Assembly: GCA_000320545.1 (NCBI GenBank)
Contig: ADNK01002208.1
Coordinates: 129,725 to 193,724 of the forward strand
Direction of reading: 5' to 3'
DNA length: 64,000 nt
Source: Bigelowiella natans CCMP2755
Lineage: Eukaryota > Protista > Cercozoa
Shown: positions 38,727-53,068 of the stretch, piece by piece
Layout: each line of letters begins with the position of its first letter
How positions within the stretch are numbered: the first letter of the stretch is position 1
Made by a program: the position numbers and the translations under genes
Notes under the pieces: generated by a model
Told to the model about the DNA's origin: nothing
Database searches by the model: none
What the model saw: only the letters and a program-made list of their open reading frames with translations

Positions 38727-41700
38727 CGTGTGTGATATAAAATTATCACGCCTATGCAAGTCAGCCATTTCCATTGTTTACTATTGTAGTGATTGTTATG
38801 TGTCCATTCCGAGACCTGTCTGTAGATTGAAAAACTGGTTTTTAAAGTCAACGCCTGGTGTGATAGTTTCCGGTTGTCTGTCTGTGAGGATCTCGCTTGC
38901 TACGGAGTTTCCCCTTTGAGGTTGTGTGAGCATTCTTGGATCACCACCACCAGGACTTTGTATCTTTGTGCTAATGTTGCTGTTGCGGGTACTGATGGAA
39001 TAGCGCGGTAGAGATGCCCCACGTGAACCAAAATTGTAATTACTAATTCCTTGCGTTGGCGATGGATCTGGGGAGAAAGCTGGGATTTCAGGAAGTGGGG
39101 AGGGTGGAGGGCCAAGATCATCCGAGAGGGATGGGGAAGGTAACTCTAATTGTTGGAAATTACTATGGCCAGCGACTAAATTTGCATCAACATTAAATTT
39201 AGATGGCTTGCTCCTATTACCCATCTTCTTCTCCTCAAGACTCTCTTCTGAAAACGAGAATCGATGCTTACGTCGTCCGGGAGAAGTTATTTCGTTTGTA
39301 AGTTGTGGTTTAGGCGATAACACCGAGAACGACTGCTTCCTTGTCTTGGTAGTAGCTGCTGGTATTCTAGCGAGGAGTTCTCTTTTATCTTCTTGCAGTT
39401 TTAAGTTCTCATTTTTGTTACTTTCAATCTCCAGCTTTGCTTCGTCGAGTTTGGACTTCAGCTCCTTCTCATTCTTCTCGGCACGCGATTTCTGGGCTTC
39501 TATAAGAGCCACGCGAGTCTTGGTTTGCTCCTCTAAATCAGTGAACTTTGATTTCTCTTGGACCAGCTCCTTTTTAAGATTTTTGGACTGTAAGGTAAAA
39601 GAAACGATAGGGTGAACTCCCAAGAATAAGAACCACATTATCATCAACATCATTTACATTGTATATACCTCCAATCGTAAGTCATCCATATCCTTGCATA
39701 TCTTTGATATCTTTGAATCTTGTTGAATATTGCTATCGTGGAGAGTTTTTATTCTTTCCAGCGACGCTTTTTCGCGTGTGATAGAGACTTTTAGCTTTCC
39801 CTCGAGCAACTGTATTTGTGCCCTGATGAAAAATGATGAAATTTTTAAATATAATTAAGAAAAAGTTCCGAAATAAAAATCGAAAAAATTGGCTATATGT
39901 ATGACCTCAGCTCTTCCTCAGAGCGTTTTTGCGAGCATTTTTCCTCAATAAGCTGGGATTGAAGCTCAGTCATCCTAAAACACACACACTCACTAAAACA
40001 CAGAGCATACTTTGTTACATTGTATTTTTCATAATCTCTTTCACCGTAATACCTTGCCTCTGCTTTCACTTTTCCTTCTCTCAGACGGACTACATCGCCA
40101 CCCGTCATGGACATCTGGGAGATAAATATATCAGCTGATTATTGAGCAACTGTTCGTTGGAAAATCATACCCTATTTTGTAACCCTTTCATAGTCGCATT
40201 GACTTTCGCAAGTTTTTGTTCTTTTTCCCACACTGTTCTATGCAACTCGTGAATCTGTGTAGAATTCATATAGAAGTGATGACGTTCAAATATTTAAAGT
40301 AAATATGTATATTGATACAATAATTCACGCTGCATGTTGTTCTGAGACACTGAATAAATACCTCTCGTGCATGTTTAGCTTTTATATTCTCCATTTCCTG
40401 TGTTTGGGCAATGGAATGTTCCTTATAATCTTTGCGCCATCCTGCAAGCTCTACCTCTGCAGCCGTCGCGCGACAAGCTAGCTTCTTTAGGTTCTCAACC
40501 TCTTTCTCGTATTCAATATTACGTTGCCTGGCGTGCTGAAGCTCTGTTCTCAATTTTGTGGACTCAATTTCTCTCTCACGTGCTATTTTAAGCTTCTCAG
40601 AAACGATATCTTTCATCCTTGCCTCAAGGGATTGAACAGCTTCACGAGATTTTTGTTTCTCTTCCATAATTGCAGTCCCTGCCTTGGCGGTTGAGGATTT
40701 TAGATCCTCCTGAATCTTGGCCAACTCCTTGTTTTTGCTATCAATCTATATGATCACATTGTAGGTTTTCACTGTCATGACAACAAATACGGAAATAATC
40801 CTACATCATCTAGCATTAACCTGAGACATGAGAAATTTGGCCTTTTCCTCCAAGATGCAGTGCCTTTCCGCGAGTCTCTCAAGTTGCTTCTGTAAGTTCG
40901 TCTGATAATGCCCGATATAAAGGTGCAAACTTGAGTTATTCGAATGTGAGCAAAGATTGGATGAGTTTGAAGCGCAAAATTGTTTCACTGCACCACCTTT
41001 GAAGCCCTGAGGGTTCGTACTTTGTGATGTTCATTTTCCAGCTTGATCTCATTTTCAGCATAAAATTTATGCAAGTCTTGTTCAAGTTGAGTTTTAACTT
41101 TTTGCTCTATGATTTCAAATTCTTCATTCTTCGATCGTAGTTTACTTTGCAAAACCTTTACAAACGTTATGTAAAGGCATCAGAATTAACTCATTTACCT
41201 TATAATTCCATTACTTTGAAACAAATGTTCTAAAACACTATTGCCAGTTCAAATAATTGTGAGAAGTGTGCGTGATCAATCTTTAAGAACTGGATTTACC
41301 CTGATAGACTCCTCAAATTTCACTTTCTGGTCCTCCAAGGCAACTTCGTGTGCTGCATTACGCGATTCCAGTTGGTCGGAGAATGCTTGAAGTTTTCCCT
41401 TGTAAAATTTTTCCAATTGACCTGATTCCATTTTTTGTATTTGCGAGACCGATTTGAGCTCCGTTATCTCATCCTTAAAGAAATATTCATAATTACATTC
41501 CTTAGTTCATACCAACCTGTATTTAGTGTATCTTCAGTCTATTAAAATTGGATAGTACTTTGTATTTGGCCACAATAGCGTCCCTCTCAGTAACCATGTC
41601 CTTCATGCGTTGAAAAGCGGACTCATATTCTAACAAAGCCGAATCTCTCTCAGCAAGAAGTGACAGGTTGAATTTGTAATCTTCTGTTATCTTTGAGATC

Positions 41701-42083
41701 TCCTCCTTCTGTCGCTTTATCTGATCCAACATACGTTCGAGAAATGATAAAGAAATTTTTGTTACAAGAAGATGAAAATATTAGCAATAGGATGTCGATA
41801 TCAATAAATTTCTCCTGTAAAGTATAAATGAAATTGATTTATAACTCGTACCGTTTGTTGTTGGTGAAGTTGGAGGGATCGCAGCGACTCCATCTGTGAG
41901 TCTTTGATTCTTCGCAGCTCTTCCTCTCTCCGGGCAATAAGCTCCCTAAATTAGATTTGACCATTTCAAATTTGGTAAGAAGGCTAATTCTCTGACGTCT
42001 GTATGAACCTGAAATCTCAAATTAACCTACCCATAATGAGATTGATCGCCTGTCGCTGAGATTTCAATTTTGGACTCTTCCAT
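37238..42083 (-). CDS. CCDC57: Coiled-coil protein, CCDC57-like, multi-exon
   Basis: N-terminal ELIARREEELRRI..ITEDYKFNLSLLAERDSALLEYESAF resembles the CCDC57 EDF-YNL-LL-ERD-EL-Y motif; later ENSRLKAIVKEMRAEME and EREKLIDISNML; long heptad-rich exons; start exon tentative. Confidence 0.7.
38538..38670. repeat. Intronic minisatellite (atatgttgaataatgttgaa-type units)
   Basis: Repeated atgttgaa(t)a units plus a duplicated tatatgttagttgagtaaatatgttgaataatgttg block. Confidence 0.75.
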
Positions 42084-42599
42084 CGAGGCTAAGATTTTCC
42101 TTCTCCGTTAGAGATTATTTTTTCTACTTCATTCCAAATGCCTGGTGCAACCCTATCTTAGCATAGGCTGCTCCTTAGATTTCACCCCTGAGACCCCCAC
42201 CTTTAACCTCTCCTTCGTCGATCGTCGCCGTTTCGGAACACTTTCCCGCTATTACGTTTAAAGTCACAGCTCGGAAGCATAAGTCGAATAGGACCCTTTT
42301 CTATTGATTTTCATGGCTATGTTGTTGTGTTACTCTTAAAATGGATCACTCATTCAAAATCATTGGCCACTTTGATGGTATTTAGTCTTGCGACAAGGTT
42401 ATATTCTCCAAACAGTGTAAGAATCAAGGAGAAAACAGGCCTTAACAACTACCAGAAGAATCACGAACTGCTCATAGACGTACTAAAAAAAAATGGCTCG
42501 TACGACGAAGCGAAAGAGTTGTAACTGCTGAATCAGATAACAGTCCAGTCCGCGAAAGGCCCCCACTTCGCCAAATAAGGCAATTCCCAACAATTATAA

Positions 42600-44816
42600 A
42601 TGATTGAACCGGGGGGGCTACCAATAGAAGGTTTCAATTCGGAGGATCAATCAAAGTTAAAAGATCTTGTCTGCTTAATGTAAGTTCCTGTTTCGCCAGG
42701 CAAGAATGCCACAATGACAACATTTTGAATTATTTGCGCATTCTATCAGATGCCAAAATGTAGCACGTGACATTGTAGAGTCTACCTGTGGTCACGTTTT
42801 CTGCGAGTAAGTTCAAATCGCGCACCGTTACCTATTTGGCGATCGAACTTATTCAGTGTCTAATTGATTCATCACCAAATTTTCAACGTAGATTATGTAT
42901 ACATAAATGGCTACGGCGCTCGAAGACATGCCCGCTGGATCGGAAGCCATTGACTCGAAACAACCTCCATCCTGCGGCCCGAGACAGGCGCATGATAGCC
43001 AGCATGAAGTTCACATGTCCTACTTGCAAAAAGGTAAATCCTCGCTCCTTGTAAAATTGATGGTAAATATTGTTTTAAGATATAGATTAATCTTCCTTAG
43101 CAAATGCAAGCAAGAGACTACTTTGTACATTATCAAGATTTCCACGCTCCTGATGAGTAATATCCACAGTTTTTCCTCTTGTTGCGATTTGTTCACAATG
43201 GTGGTGTGCATTTAGCGAGCCAGGGATTTCAGCGTCATTTGGCAGTATACGCTCCTTCAGCCCCTCCGTGATAGTCAGCCGAAACCTGCTTACTGCGACT
43301 ATAAAGATGTACATATCTTCTTTTCCCTTTCGGAAAGAAGAAGCCTCAATATTTCATCTCCTTCTTCTCGATACCACAGGAAACCAGGAGATAATCCGGT
43401 TCGAGTAACTTCAGCGTCTACGTTAACAAGCGTCAACATAGCGCCTCACGTAAAGTATGTACCAAAACTTCTTCACTCTAAGAGATATCTATGAGATTGC
43501 CTCTAACCTAATGCGATGTTGTGTTAATCACTGGAAATTCAAAATTAATGACTCAGATACTACGAGGTCAAAATTGTAATTCCAGACCCAAATTTAAGCT
43601 TTGAGATAGGAATTTGTCACAATGAAAAGGTTAAGCGATCCTAACTTTTGATTTATACATACTTTCTCGCTCTTTAATAACTAGTATTCCTCTTCGATGA
43701 CAATAACAACAGCAATACTCTGTTGATTCTTACGGCCGGACAAGTTGCAATAAAACAAGTAGTGACTTCTGACTGATGAGTGGCAGCATTTACTTGTAAA
43801 TTGCTTCAGCGAACGATGACTGATGATGATGATGATGATGATGATATTGCTTTGACGGTTTGCTACTGCGAAGATAATTAAATTGTTCAAAATGATTGAC
43901 TCATTAGGTAGATATATGGAACCGTGGGGGAAAGCTGGAGACATCATAGGCGTTGGGTGGGTAGCAGCTGTTGCATGTAGCAAAAGAAATAATAGTTGAA
44001 GGCAAACGCACTAGCAGTAGCAGTGGAACGCTGTAGTGAAAACCAAAATGGAAGATTTAAGACTACGATTACAACGACGACTACATATGAGCTCAGTCCG
44101 CAGCTGCTGAACGTTCCATAACATTGCTGAGAAACGGACTTCAGCATATGTCTTGCCTTGAAATAGAAGGAACAAATAACTTACTGTACGACTATTTGCC
44201 ACAGATATGACTCCAAGTGCCATCAAATTTTTTTCACACGTCAGGGAAAGTATGCTCGGTAATTATCCATCCAAATTTGACCTTACATTCTAAAAACTTC
44301 ATTTTTCTCTGTGATGTTGACCAATTATTCTTCTATCTTAGCCCTGCAACTGTGAATGTGGGAAGCCATCCGTACATGGCGATGGTACAAGCACAATCAA
44401 AGACGCCACCACCACCGTCAAGGGAAGCAGCGGGAAGAAGTCAGGGTATGTATGTGGTGTCTCTTCCATCACTTTGATCTCTTATCTAGTACGATATACA
44501 CATAACGTAGACGATTGCGTGAGTAGTTCAGATTCTGTAATCACAACGTGATAACTAGTCAATTATTCTTGTTTTTCAGCTAAGTAAATTAAATTATGAT
44601 AGCCTTATCGAGAGATATGGCGACGGAATTATAAATGAAAACAATTAGCTATCATTTACTTCATAGATGATGTGAAGATATTCGATGTGGATCGCAAGGA
44701 GGCAAACATCGACGTGGAAAAAGAGTGGGAAAAAGTTGTGGAATCAAGTAGTAACAACTCTAGAATGTTATATATAACATCGTAAGTATTAAATGTAATC
44801 TATATGCACTTAGTGC

Positions 44817-44850
<34 letters not shown>

Positions 44851-44963
44851 CTGAACAAATCGATTCATCTTACAAATTAACACGGAAAAATAAAACGGCA
44901 TACGATATAGATACGATGCGACGCTACGCTCATCTTATTATAGTAAACCTCATTCTATCTACA

Positions 44964-45026
<63 letters not shown>

Positions 45027-45794
45027 CTTTAATTTAAATGCTAGAGGCAGCATTAGGTGAGGCAAGACTTTCCGTAAATTTTGGCCCAAGATTCCTTTTC
45101 AATCTGAAGGAGTACGCTAGGAGATCTTTGGTAGTTGATGGTTGGATAATATATTAGTTTTTGTAGTTGAATGCATCTTTCTTTTATTCATTTGTTTTCA
45201 AAATTTGAATTATGTATCTTATGATATTTTGAAAATCAGCCTCCCTCTGTGTCTACTGCAGTCACTCTAACTGACACTATACGTAAGTTCCATTCCCACA
45301 CAGTTATACGCCATTGCAGTGTTTTCACAGCGCCATAGCCTGAACCACATGTATTACCTTTCAGATTCCCAAGAGGCAGCAAGCTTCTGCCCGTTCTGTA
45401 GGATGGCGATTTCGTTTCCTGCTGGGGCACAGCAGATTATGTAAATAATTGTGCCTGCCTTCTTATACCCATTTTTGACAATTCGTTGGGTGTTTCCATA
45501 ATTTTTAAATGTTTACGTGTGCGACCTACATAACGCAAAAAAAAGTATCACTGGGTCATTCGCATTGAGGCATCTCATCGTCTCTCAGGTGCCCATATTG
45601 CCAAATGGTATCTAGGGTGCTCAATAGGTGCGTTAAAATAAAATTTGAGTTAAATTGTCTACACTATTAAAGCAGTTTTCTCGTTATTCCCCATCAGACA
45701 AGAGCACGGTGGGACATCTTATGTTTTACCACGAGCGCTAACTCAACCTCGGAGTCATACACAAGCAAGATCAAGGACGTGCTCCCTAATGTGA
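42600..45794 (+). CDS. RING (TRAF-type) + SPRY-like + C-terminal CxxC-CxxC zinc finger protein with CaaX end
   Basis: Spliced LVCLI/CQNVARDIVESTCGHVFCE/LCIHKWLRRSKTCPLDRKPL; YYEVKIV..FEIGI, PWGKAGDIIGVG, LSVNFGPRFLF (SPRY-like); CPFCRMAISFPAGAQQIM/CPYCQMV; predicted last exon ends RTCSLM-TGA. Confidence 0.7.
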
Positions 45795-46393
45795 AATGAC
45801 TCGAGCATGTGCGGTATATGGTGGCACAATGTACATCGTTATCAAACAAAGCATCATGAAACTTACAAAAGACCGTCACAATGAATGCCATGCATGCTTT
45901 ACATTGCATAGCTGTGTTAATTAAAATCACATTTGTAGATTTGCTCCGTAGTGCTGCATGCAATTTGCAACATTTACACATCAGCAAGTAACATGCGTAC
46001 GATACAGTGATGTTGATGCGCATGTGACGGGTTTTACAACGGCATATCTAGAAATGCATGAGCACTTGCTAATACACTGGTAAACTATATTATAAAATGC
46101 TTGTTATTCGCCATGACCGAACGTAACACATTTAATAAAGGCTTTGCTAGCGCAGTTCGAGCAACGTATATGTAAATGTTCCCTGCTTCTGTATTGCATC
46201 GTAGCGCGTATTCAGTGTCGCAATGACGAATGGAAACATTTAGGACATCACTAGTCTTTATTGAAATTCTAGACTTGAATCCATTGCATAAGCAACAGGC
46301 AGAACTTTGCGATTATGTATATCGTTAATAAACACCAGAATTCTGCTTTGTGGCATAAGAAATATCCTATCCACGAACTACAACTGAGATGTA

Positions 46394-46712
46394 TTACCCA
46401 AGATACCAATTCAACATGATTTTGCAGGCATTAAAGTTCAAGAGGCAGGCAAAGAAGTAAAAAATAAGTATTACTCCGACGGGATAAAAGAAACGATTCT
46501 GATCTCTTAAGAAAGGGAGCACACTATACCTGCAATGATGCAAATCAAAATGAATCCTAGTTTCAATATCGAAGATGTAGATTACCCGAGAACCGTGACG
46601 TAATGGTAGTAGATAAATGCAAAAGCATAGAGAGAATTGGCGAGCACTGTTGCAACAAAATCCGACTGACAATAGTTAATAAGAGTGAGGGAGGGAGAGA
46701 GAGGGGGGGGGG

Positions 46713-46763
<51 letters not shown>

Positions 46764-47887
46764 AGCGACATGAAAATGATCAACAAGTGAGACGGTTGGT
46801 ACCTGAAGAAGGAGAGGCGTGAGGAAAAACTGGACAGGGTAAAGCAAGACAAATAGCGGAAAGTAGCTGAGCATAGCAAATATGCATGTTATATGAGAAG
46901 GAAGTCGCAATATTCATTCCGAATCCTTACCCGTTGCAATGAATGTCGAATGCGTAAAGCCACTCGACCTAGTGAAGTTTCCGTATCAGTGAAAGTTAAA
47001 ACTTTGAGGAAGCATGAAAGAAAGATCCTACCTGCTGATCTGTTGTCATAACTCGCTGTACTCTGAGGTAACGATTCGCAACGAAGCTTGTAGCTGTAGC
47101 CATAATGCATCCTGATTTTTCCATCGCAGAATCGCAGAATTAATATTTCAGAGAAGTCTCGATACATTATACGCAGAGGGGGGGGGGGGGAGGGGGGGGA
47201 TCTGAGAACTATTGTGCATGGGTAGCTAAATTACTTGTGAAATATTCGAAAAAACATAGTAACCTGTTCCGAGAAAATCCACTACAACAGAACCGACGAC
47301 TACACGTAGGAGGTGCAGAATTCCGTGCACTGTACACCCAAATTATCTTTGCTTGCTCTCATTTAACAATCAAAGATGTTCAATACCTCCAAACGTGATG
47401 CAGTACGCTAAGCTTGAGATTGCTATCATGCCCATCAATATCGCAACAAATGCAGGGTCTAAAAAACAAACTCTAAGTTAACGTTTGTTACAAAGAGCTG
47501 AAAAATTGGAATGACCGTCTCTTGCCCATTGATTCTTGATCTTCCTCCTTATCTGTGTAGCTTTATAAAGTTCACCGGGAGCAAATCTGCATAAACTTAC
47601 CATTTGAGAGTAAGTGTACTGAAAGTCCATTTGGTCAAATTGGACCAGGCGCATGAGGTATTCTGAAATTGCATTCTGCCCAGTGTTAACGCCTCTTCCT
47701 CCCAGAGGCAGAATAAAGTTACCACCCCTTGAACCTCCGATTCCAGGAGATGAGGGTGGCAAATAGCTGCGACCACTTCCGGGAGTCTCCCCACTCTAAG
47801 AATGCATAGTCTCAAGTACAGTCATCAAATATCATTTTCAATTACCTCGATCGATATCATTGTAGAGTCCCCCCCCGCACTCGTCAT
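46394..47887 (-). CDS. UNC50: UNC-50 family Golgi membrane protein
   Basis: YLMRLVQFDQMDFQYTYSQMVSLC..ELYK..RRKIKNQWARD/DPAF, FDIHCN, YPVQFFLTPLL, YSVLPFL; stop at 46394; first exon tentative. Confidence 0.9.
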
Positions 47888-48448
47888 CGTCGTCGTCCAC
47901 TCACGAGTTAATAAAAGCTGGTGGTACGATAAACGAAAGAACACTGAAAGAAGAATGAAGTCCCAATATCCTGCATTCATCCGTTAGGAACACTATTCTT
48001 CTTCTTTCTCGGATGATGATTATTTTATCAGGAGTCATTGTTTTATCAGGAGTTGCTGAATTGATAAATCCTCACAAAACTACATGGTTTATTATTTCCA
48101 ACGACTAGTCCAGGACTATCTGATGAAATTACAAGATCTTGGTTGGAAAGTGGATTTCGGGAAAAATGCAAAATCTGAGTAATATCAAACTGAGGTATGT
48201 AAATTATGAAAAATTAAAGGGGATTCGAACATATTTTTAATTTAACATGATCGAGACTAAATTTAAAAATTTTGTCACTTTCAAAATTGAATGAAAACCA
48301 TGGAAGCTCCACCCCTCGCTTAAGGAGAACCCGTGCTGTGGCTTGATAAATCATTTGAATTTCATTAAGCATTCAGTTAGAGTATCTCATTTATTGGAAT
48401 CGAGAAGACAAAGAGGGTCGGAGGAATTGTATTCTTCGACACACACCA

Positions 48449-50604
48449 ATGTCTTTAAGAGTCGCCCCTCTGCTGGGGTACAAACATTATTAATAAGTTT
48501 TCTTTTGAAAATGATCTAACTTTCTTCGTTTAGGGACACGTTTCACTCCCGGCCTCATTTTGACACTACAAACCAAAGTTACCAAGATTTTAGAGCTATG
48601 CACGAAGTGATCCAGAAGCATGTTCGAAATTCTATTCAGCCACCGAATTCAGCGCAACATCAAAAATCGTCGCAAAAAAACGATCACTCGACACAAAGCC
48701 CATTGATCCAATCTCCTCATGATCAACACTTAGTTGTGTCAATTGAAAACAATCATCGCTTTGAGCATGGACGAAATACGATTGGTATTTATGCTCCCAA
48801 TATGGACCAACCTCAGTACGACAATAAGCAGCCACCATCTTCTATGTTTCAAATTCAGTCAAAAGTAAGCTCCCCAGAAAAATTAATTACGTATATGCTA
48901 TAAAAATCAAACACGCTATCCCACACACGTCAGGGTTTATTTGGTTTCCAAATGCAAAGCCGTGGTTCTCCTGGTGGAGAGGTTATTCGCCGCCGCAAGG
49001 TCAAACTCTCGGAAATACGTAAAAACCATGTATGCTGAAACAAGTATGTATTCCAGGTAAAAGATACACAAAATCAAGTCCCTGGAAATGACAAAACGAA
49101 GAGTGTCAACGAAAGTCGTTTATCCACAGCACCACATTCCCGTTGTCAACAAGGCCCTACGTCCATTCCAAAGCCTTCATCTCCCGCCTCACCAAAAGAA
49201 ACTAACAGAATTCGCAACGTTGAAGTAGAAAAGAACTTTACTCCTAACCGCCAATCTCTGAAAAAGCACTTGGTAGCTCCTCAAAGGGAAGATCCATGGA
49301 CATTAATGAAAACAAGTGCACTTTCATCATCATTTCGTCGAACACCAGGAGCCACAGGGTCTACTGCTGTAGTAACTAATAATACAACATCCAACAATAG
49401 CGTTGGGGGTATCTTCTTGCGTGCAGGACCACTTACTGGACTAGATATTCGCAAGAATATTGGTAAAAACAAAAAAAGAACAAAACTATGAGCGATAACT
49501 ACTGTGTACTAATTTACATTCTTTTTAGGAGTGCCGTCACCAGGAGATATATTGACGAAATTCAAGAAAACTCGACGTCGGACACCCTTTTCCCCTTGCA
49601 ACAATCCTGTTGGAAATTCACTTCTAAATATTTCTGCAGTACCATCTGGTGGTTATTTATGATACAAATTGTGATTATAATTATTCATGTTTTTGCTAAA
49701 TCTCATGAATCTGAGATGTTTCCATCATTATCATCAATGTTTAGTTTCTTCTGCAAGGACATCAACTGCTACTATTAATACGACTTCCACTACTGCAAGA
49801 AATACTACTGCTTCATCGTCATTTCCTACTGCTACTGCTGCCCTCCTTGTGGAGAAGAAACCGATGATGCCAGCTGGAGGGGGAGGAGGAGAGCCGAGGT
49901 CTAGGTACCGGCCAAAAACGTTGTCGTCATCAGCTTCCATAAGGGCAGGAAGTGCGAGTGCTGTGGAAAGAGTTGGAAGGCGCAATCGAGGTAATAGCAT
50001 TGAGTCGTCGTCGTATTCAAGAGCTGGTACGAGAAGGAATGCTCGAAGTATTCCACGGAATGTTACCGGAAATGGGAGGAGCAGGAGTATGAGTGCTCAG
50101 AGAGGAGGCACCAGGAAAATCAATCTCAATACTGAAACGATGGTACAAAATGATAGCACTTTGAAGTCTGCCAACATCTGATATTATATTGCTGTATTTA
50201 TATCAGCGCTATGCTCAAATCCAGGAATTTCCTTTGTACCGTGAATTCCTTTCACAAAATCGAGCAGCCACAGTATCATCAGGTAAAACACATCATTATT
50301 ATTTTGAACCAGAGCAATTTCATTCACAATTAGCACATCCATCCTCAGATTTTGGTTCGGTGTACCCCCCAAATGTTCGTCAGCATCATCACTACCATAA
50401 TCAAAGTCATCATGTTCATCATCATCACAACCCACAAGAAGATGGGGAGAGATTCCATCGTCATCATCACAATCATCGTCCTCATCATCATCTGCGGCAG
50501 CATCATACTAGGGCTGCACCGCCACCACCACCACCACCCCCAGCAGTTGTTTTGGACTCACAATCTCTAAGAAACGATAAAGCAGGCTACTACCACCAGC
50601 ATAT

Positions 50605-50644
<40 letters not shown>

Positions 50645-53031
50645 TTAGGTCGAAGAGGTTATCATCATCATCATCACAGAAGCACTACCGAAGCGACATC
50701 TCAACATCAACAACAAATGAGATTTCATCGTCCACACCACAATCATCAACACAACGATCAGAATCAATATCGTATATCAGCTCATCATCATCATCATGAT
50801 TATCATCGTCGCCATGTTTCTCCTCCGCCATCGTCGCAAGTTGTTACAGCTTCAGTTCAATCCAATGTTGTTATACCTGGTAAATCATCCGCTCGAGGAA
50901 TCTTCCAAAGAAATCCTGAATACCATCATAATAATGACGATAATGAGATGATGCCGATGCGTGACCAGCGCCAGAGAACACGATCGAGAGATTCAACGAT
51001 GAGTACACTTCCACGAACTAGGACTTGGAGCTCAAGTAGTGTTATTATAAGTAGAGAAGCATGATGATGGGATAAGGATGATAAACATATATTTGATTTG
51101 AGTCGTTACTTAGGTGGTGACGAAGGAGGGGAACATCAGTTTGCACGAAGAAGATATAGCAGTGTCAACAGTGGTGATGAATCATCGTTATTCACGGATG
51201 AGATTCGAGATATGTTCGACCTGAGCAGCGAGAAGATCGATTACATATTTTCATTTGATGGAAGGAGCTCTAAAGGCAGCACTCCTCGTTCTAGGGTCTC
51301 TACTACTACTACTACCACTACTACCAGTAGCACCAGCTCAAAAGGTTGGTTAAGAATAAAATATATTGTAGCACTATCAAGACTGATGTGTCAGCTTATT
51401 ATTTGTGTTTGACGATAATATACAAACAGGAAGTTGTAGTAGTAGCAGTTGTGGTAGTGCTACCAGCAGCATCACTAGTGCAAAAATCGAAAGTGTAAAA
51501 CGTATTGAGGAGCTAAGAGGCAAGGACATTGATCTCTACACCACTGTTGTTAAGGTAAATATACTAGTTGACTGTGCACCTTTTCTCTTTCCTCCTTTCA
51601 TGCACTGAGCAACTTACACACAATCCCTCACCTTGTCTAACAACCCTCTCTATTTCAATAAAAATGGTTAGCTTGCCGAAACGAATGCTTCTAAGAATAA
51701 ATTCAATGACTTCAAAGCTAATTTGAAGAAAAAAGAAGCTGCAGACACTAATGCCATGAGGAATTATGCCCTTTCTCAAATTGAGAAGAAAAACTTGCCC
51801 AGAAATCTTTATTGGAAGGTGTAGCTACAGTCTATTTGTGCATTAAACTCAACAACATTAAAGTTGTTCTTGATATTGAATCATCAGGTATGCATAAGCG
51901 TGGGAGAATACTTGAAAAGGTAGTTGTGATCGATCAACGAAGTGATGATGATGATGATCATGATGATGGTGATGATTAACGAAGTGATGATGATGATGAT
52001 GATGATGATGGTGATGATTAACGAAGTGATGATGACGGTGATGGTGACACTTTTGATCACAATTACTGTCAATATTGTATTCCATTTAGTAGTTGTAGTA
52101 CACCTAGATTTTGAAAATTCGAAACGTAAAAATTAAACAGAGCTAGTAACGTTGAAGATGCTCGCCGCTGGTACGCGCTGGTATGCTCCACCAATATACA
52201 TATAAATATAAGTATATATATATATATATATATATATAAACTTAATACTTTATCCTACCAAGTAGAACAGAGGGTTCGTAATATGTCGAAACAAAAAGCA
52301 AAATAGATTTTAACAAGTGATTCATTATCATGGATATGAAAATGACTTGTTCGTATTCTTAAACAAGGCCAACAAAATCGAGCCTCTTGCTGTTCAAGGA
52401 TGGCTTGAGAGTGCACGATTGGAGGAGGAATGCGGTGATATGGAAGCTTGTAAGAAGATTCTCTCCAAAGGTGGTTGTTTGAAGACGACCCATCCATCAA
52501 CCAACTGTTTTGCTTATCATCTTAATTAAGTAGTTCTTCGATGATGATGATGATGATGATGATATCTCCTTCCTACACTGTTGAACAATTCAGGCCTTTC
52601 CATTTGCTGGTCATCAGAGCTACTAATGCGACAGTTTTTACGTGCACAAGAGTATTCAGGAGGAGATCTTACTGCAGGAAGAATGGCCCTTGGTAATAAA
52701 TATTTATTAGTCAAACATTCAACCACAGCAATATGTTGTTTCTGTGGGATATTATTCAAGTGGGGTGGAAATGTAATTATTCTGATGTTTAATCAGGGAG
52801 ACTAAAGAATGCTAGCATTGAGGTTGCATGGCGCAGTATTCAAGAAGGCGCGTTAATGGAAGCTCGAAAGGGTAGTTCTACTCCTGTTACCCAAATCATT
52901 ATCCTAAAATAATGAAATGCTTTGCTTTTTTTTTTAAAAGGAAATGTAAAGGAGGCGAGATTCATCTTCAAATACCTCATGAAGGTTTTTAAATACTTAT
53001 TTTTGGATAGCAACCGCCTCGTCTTTTTCCC

Positions 53032-53068
<37 letters not shown>

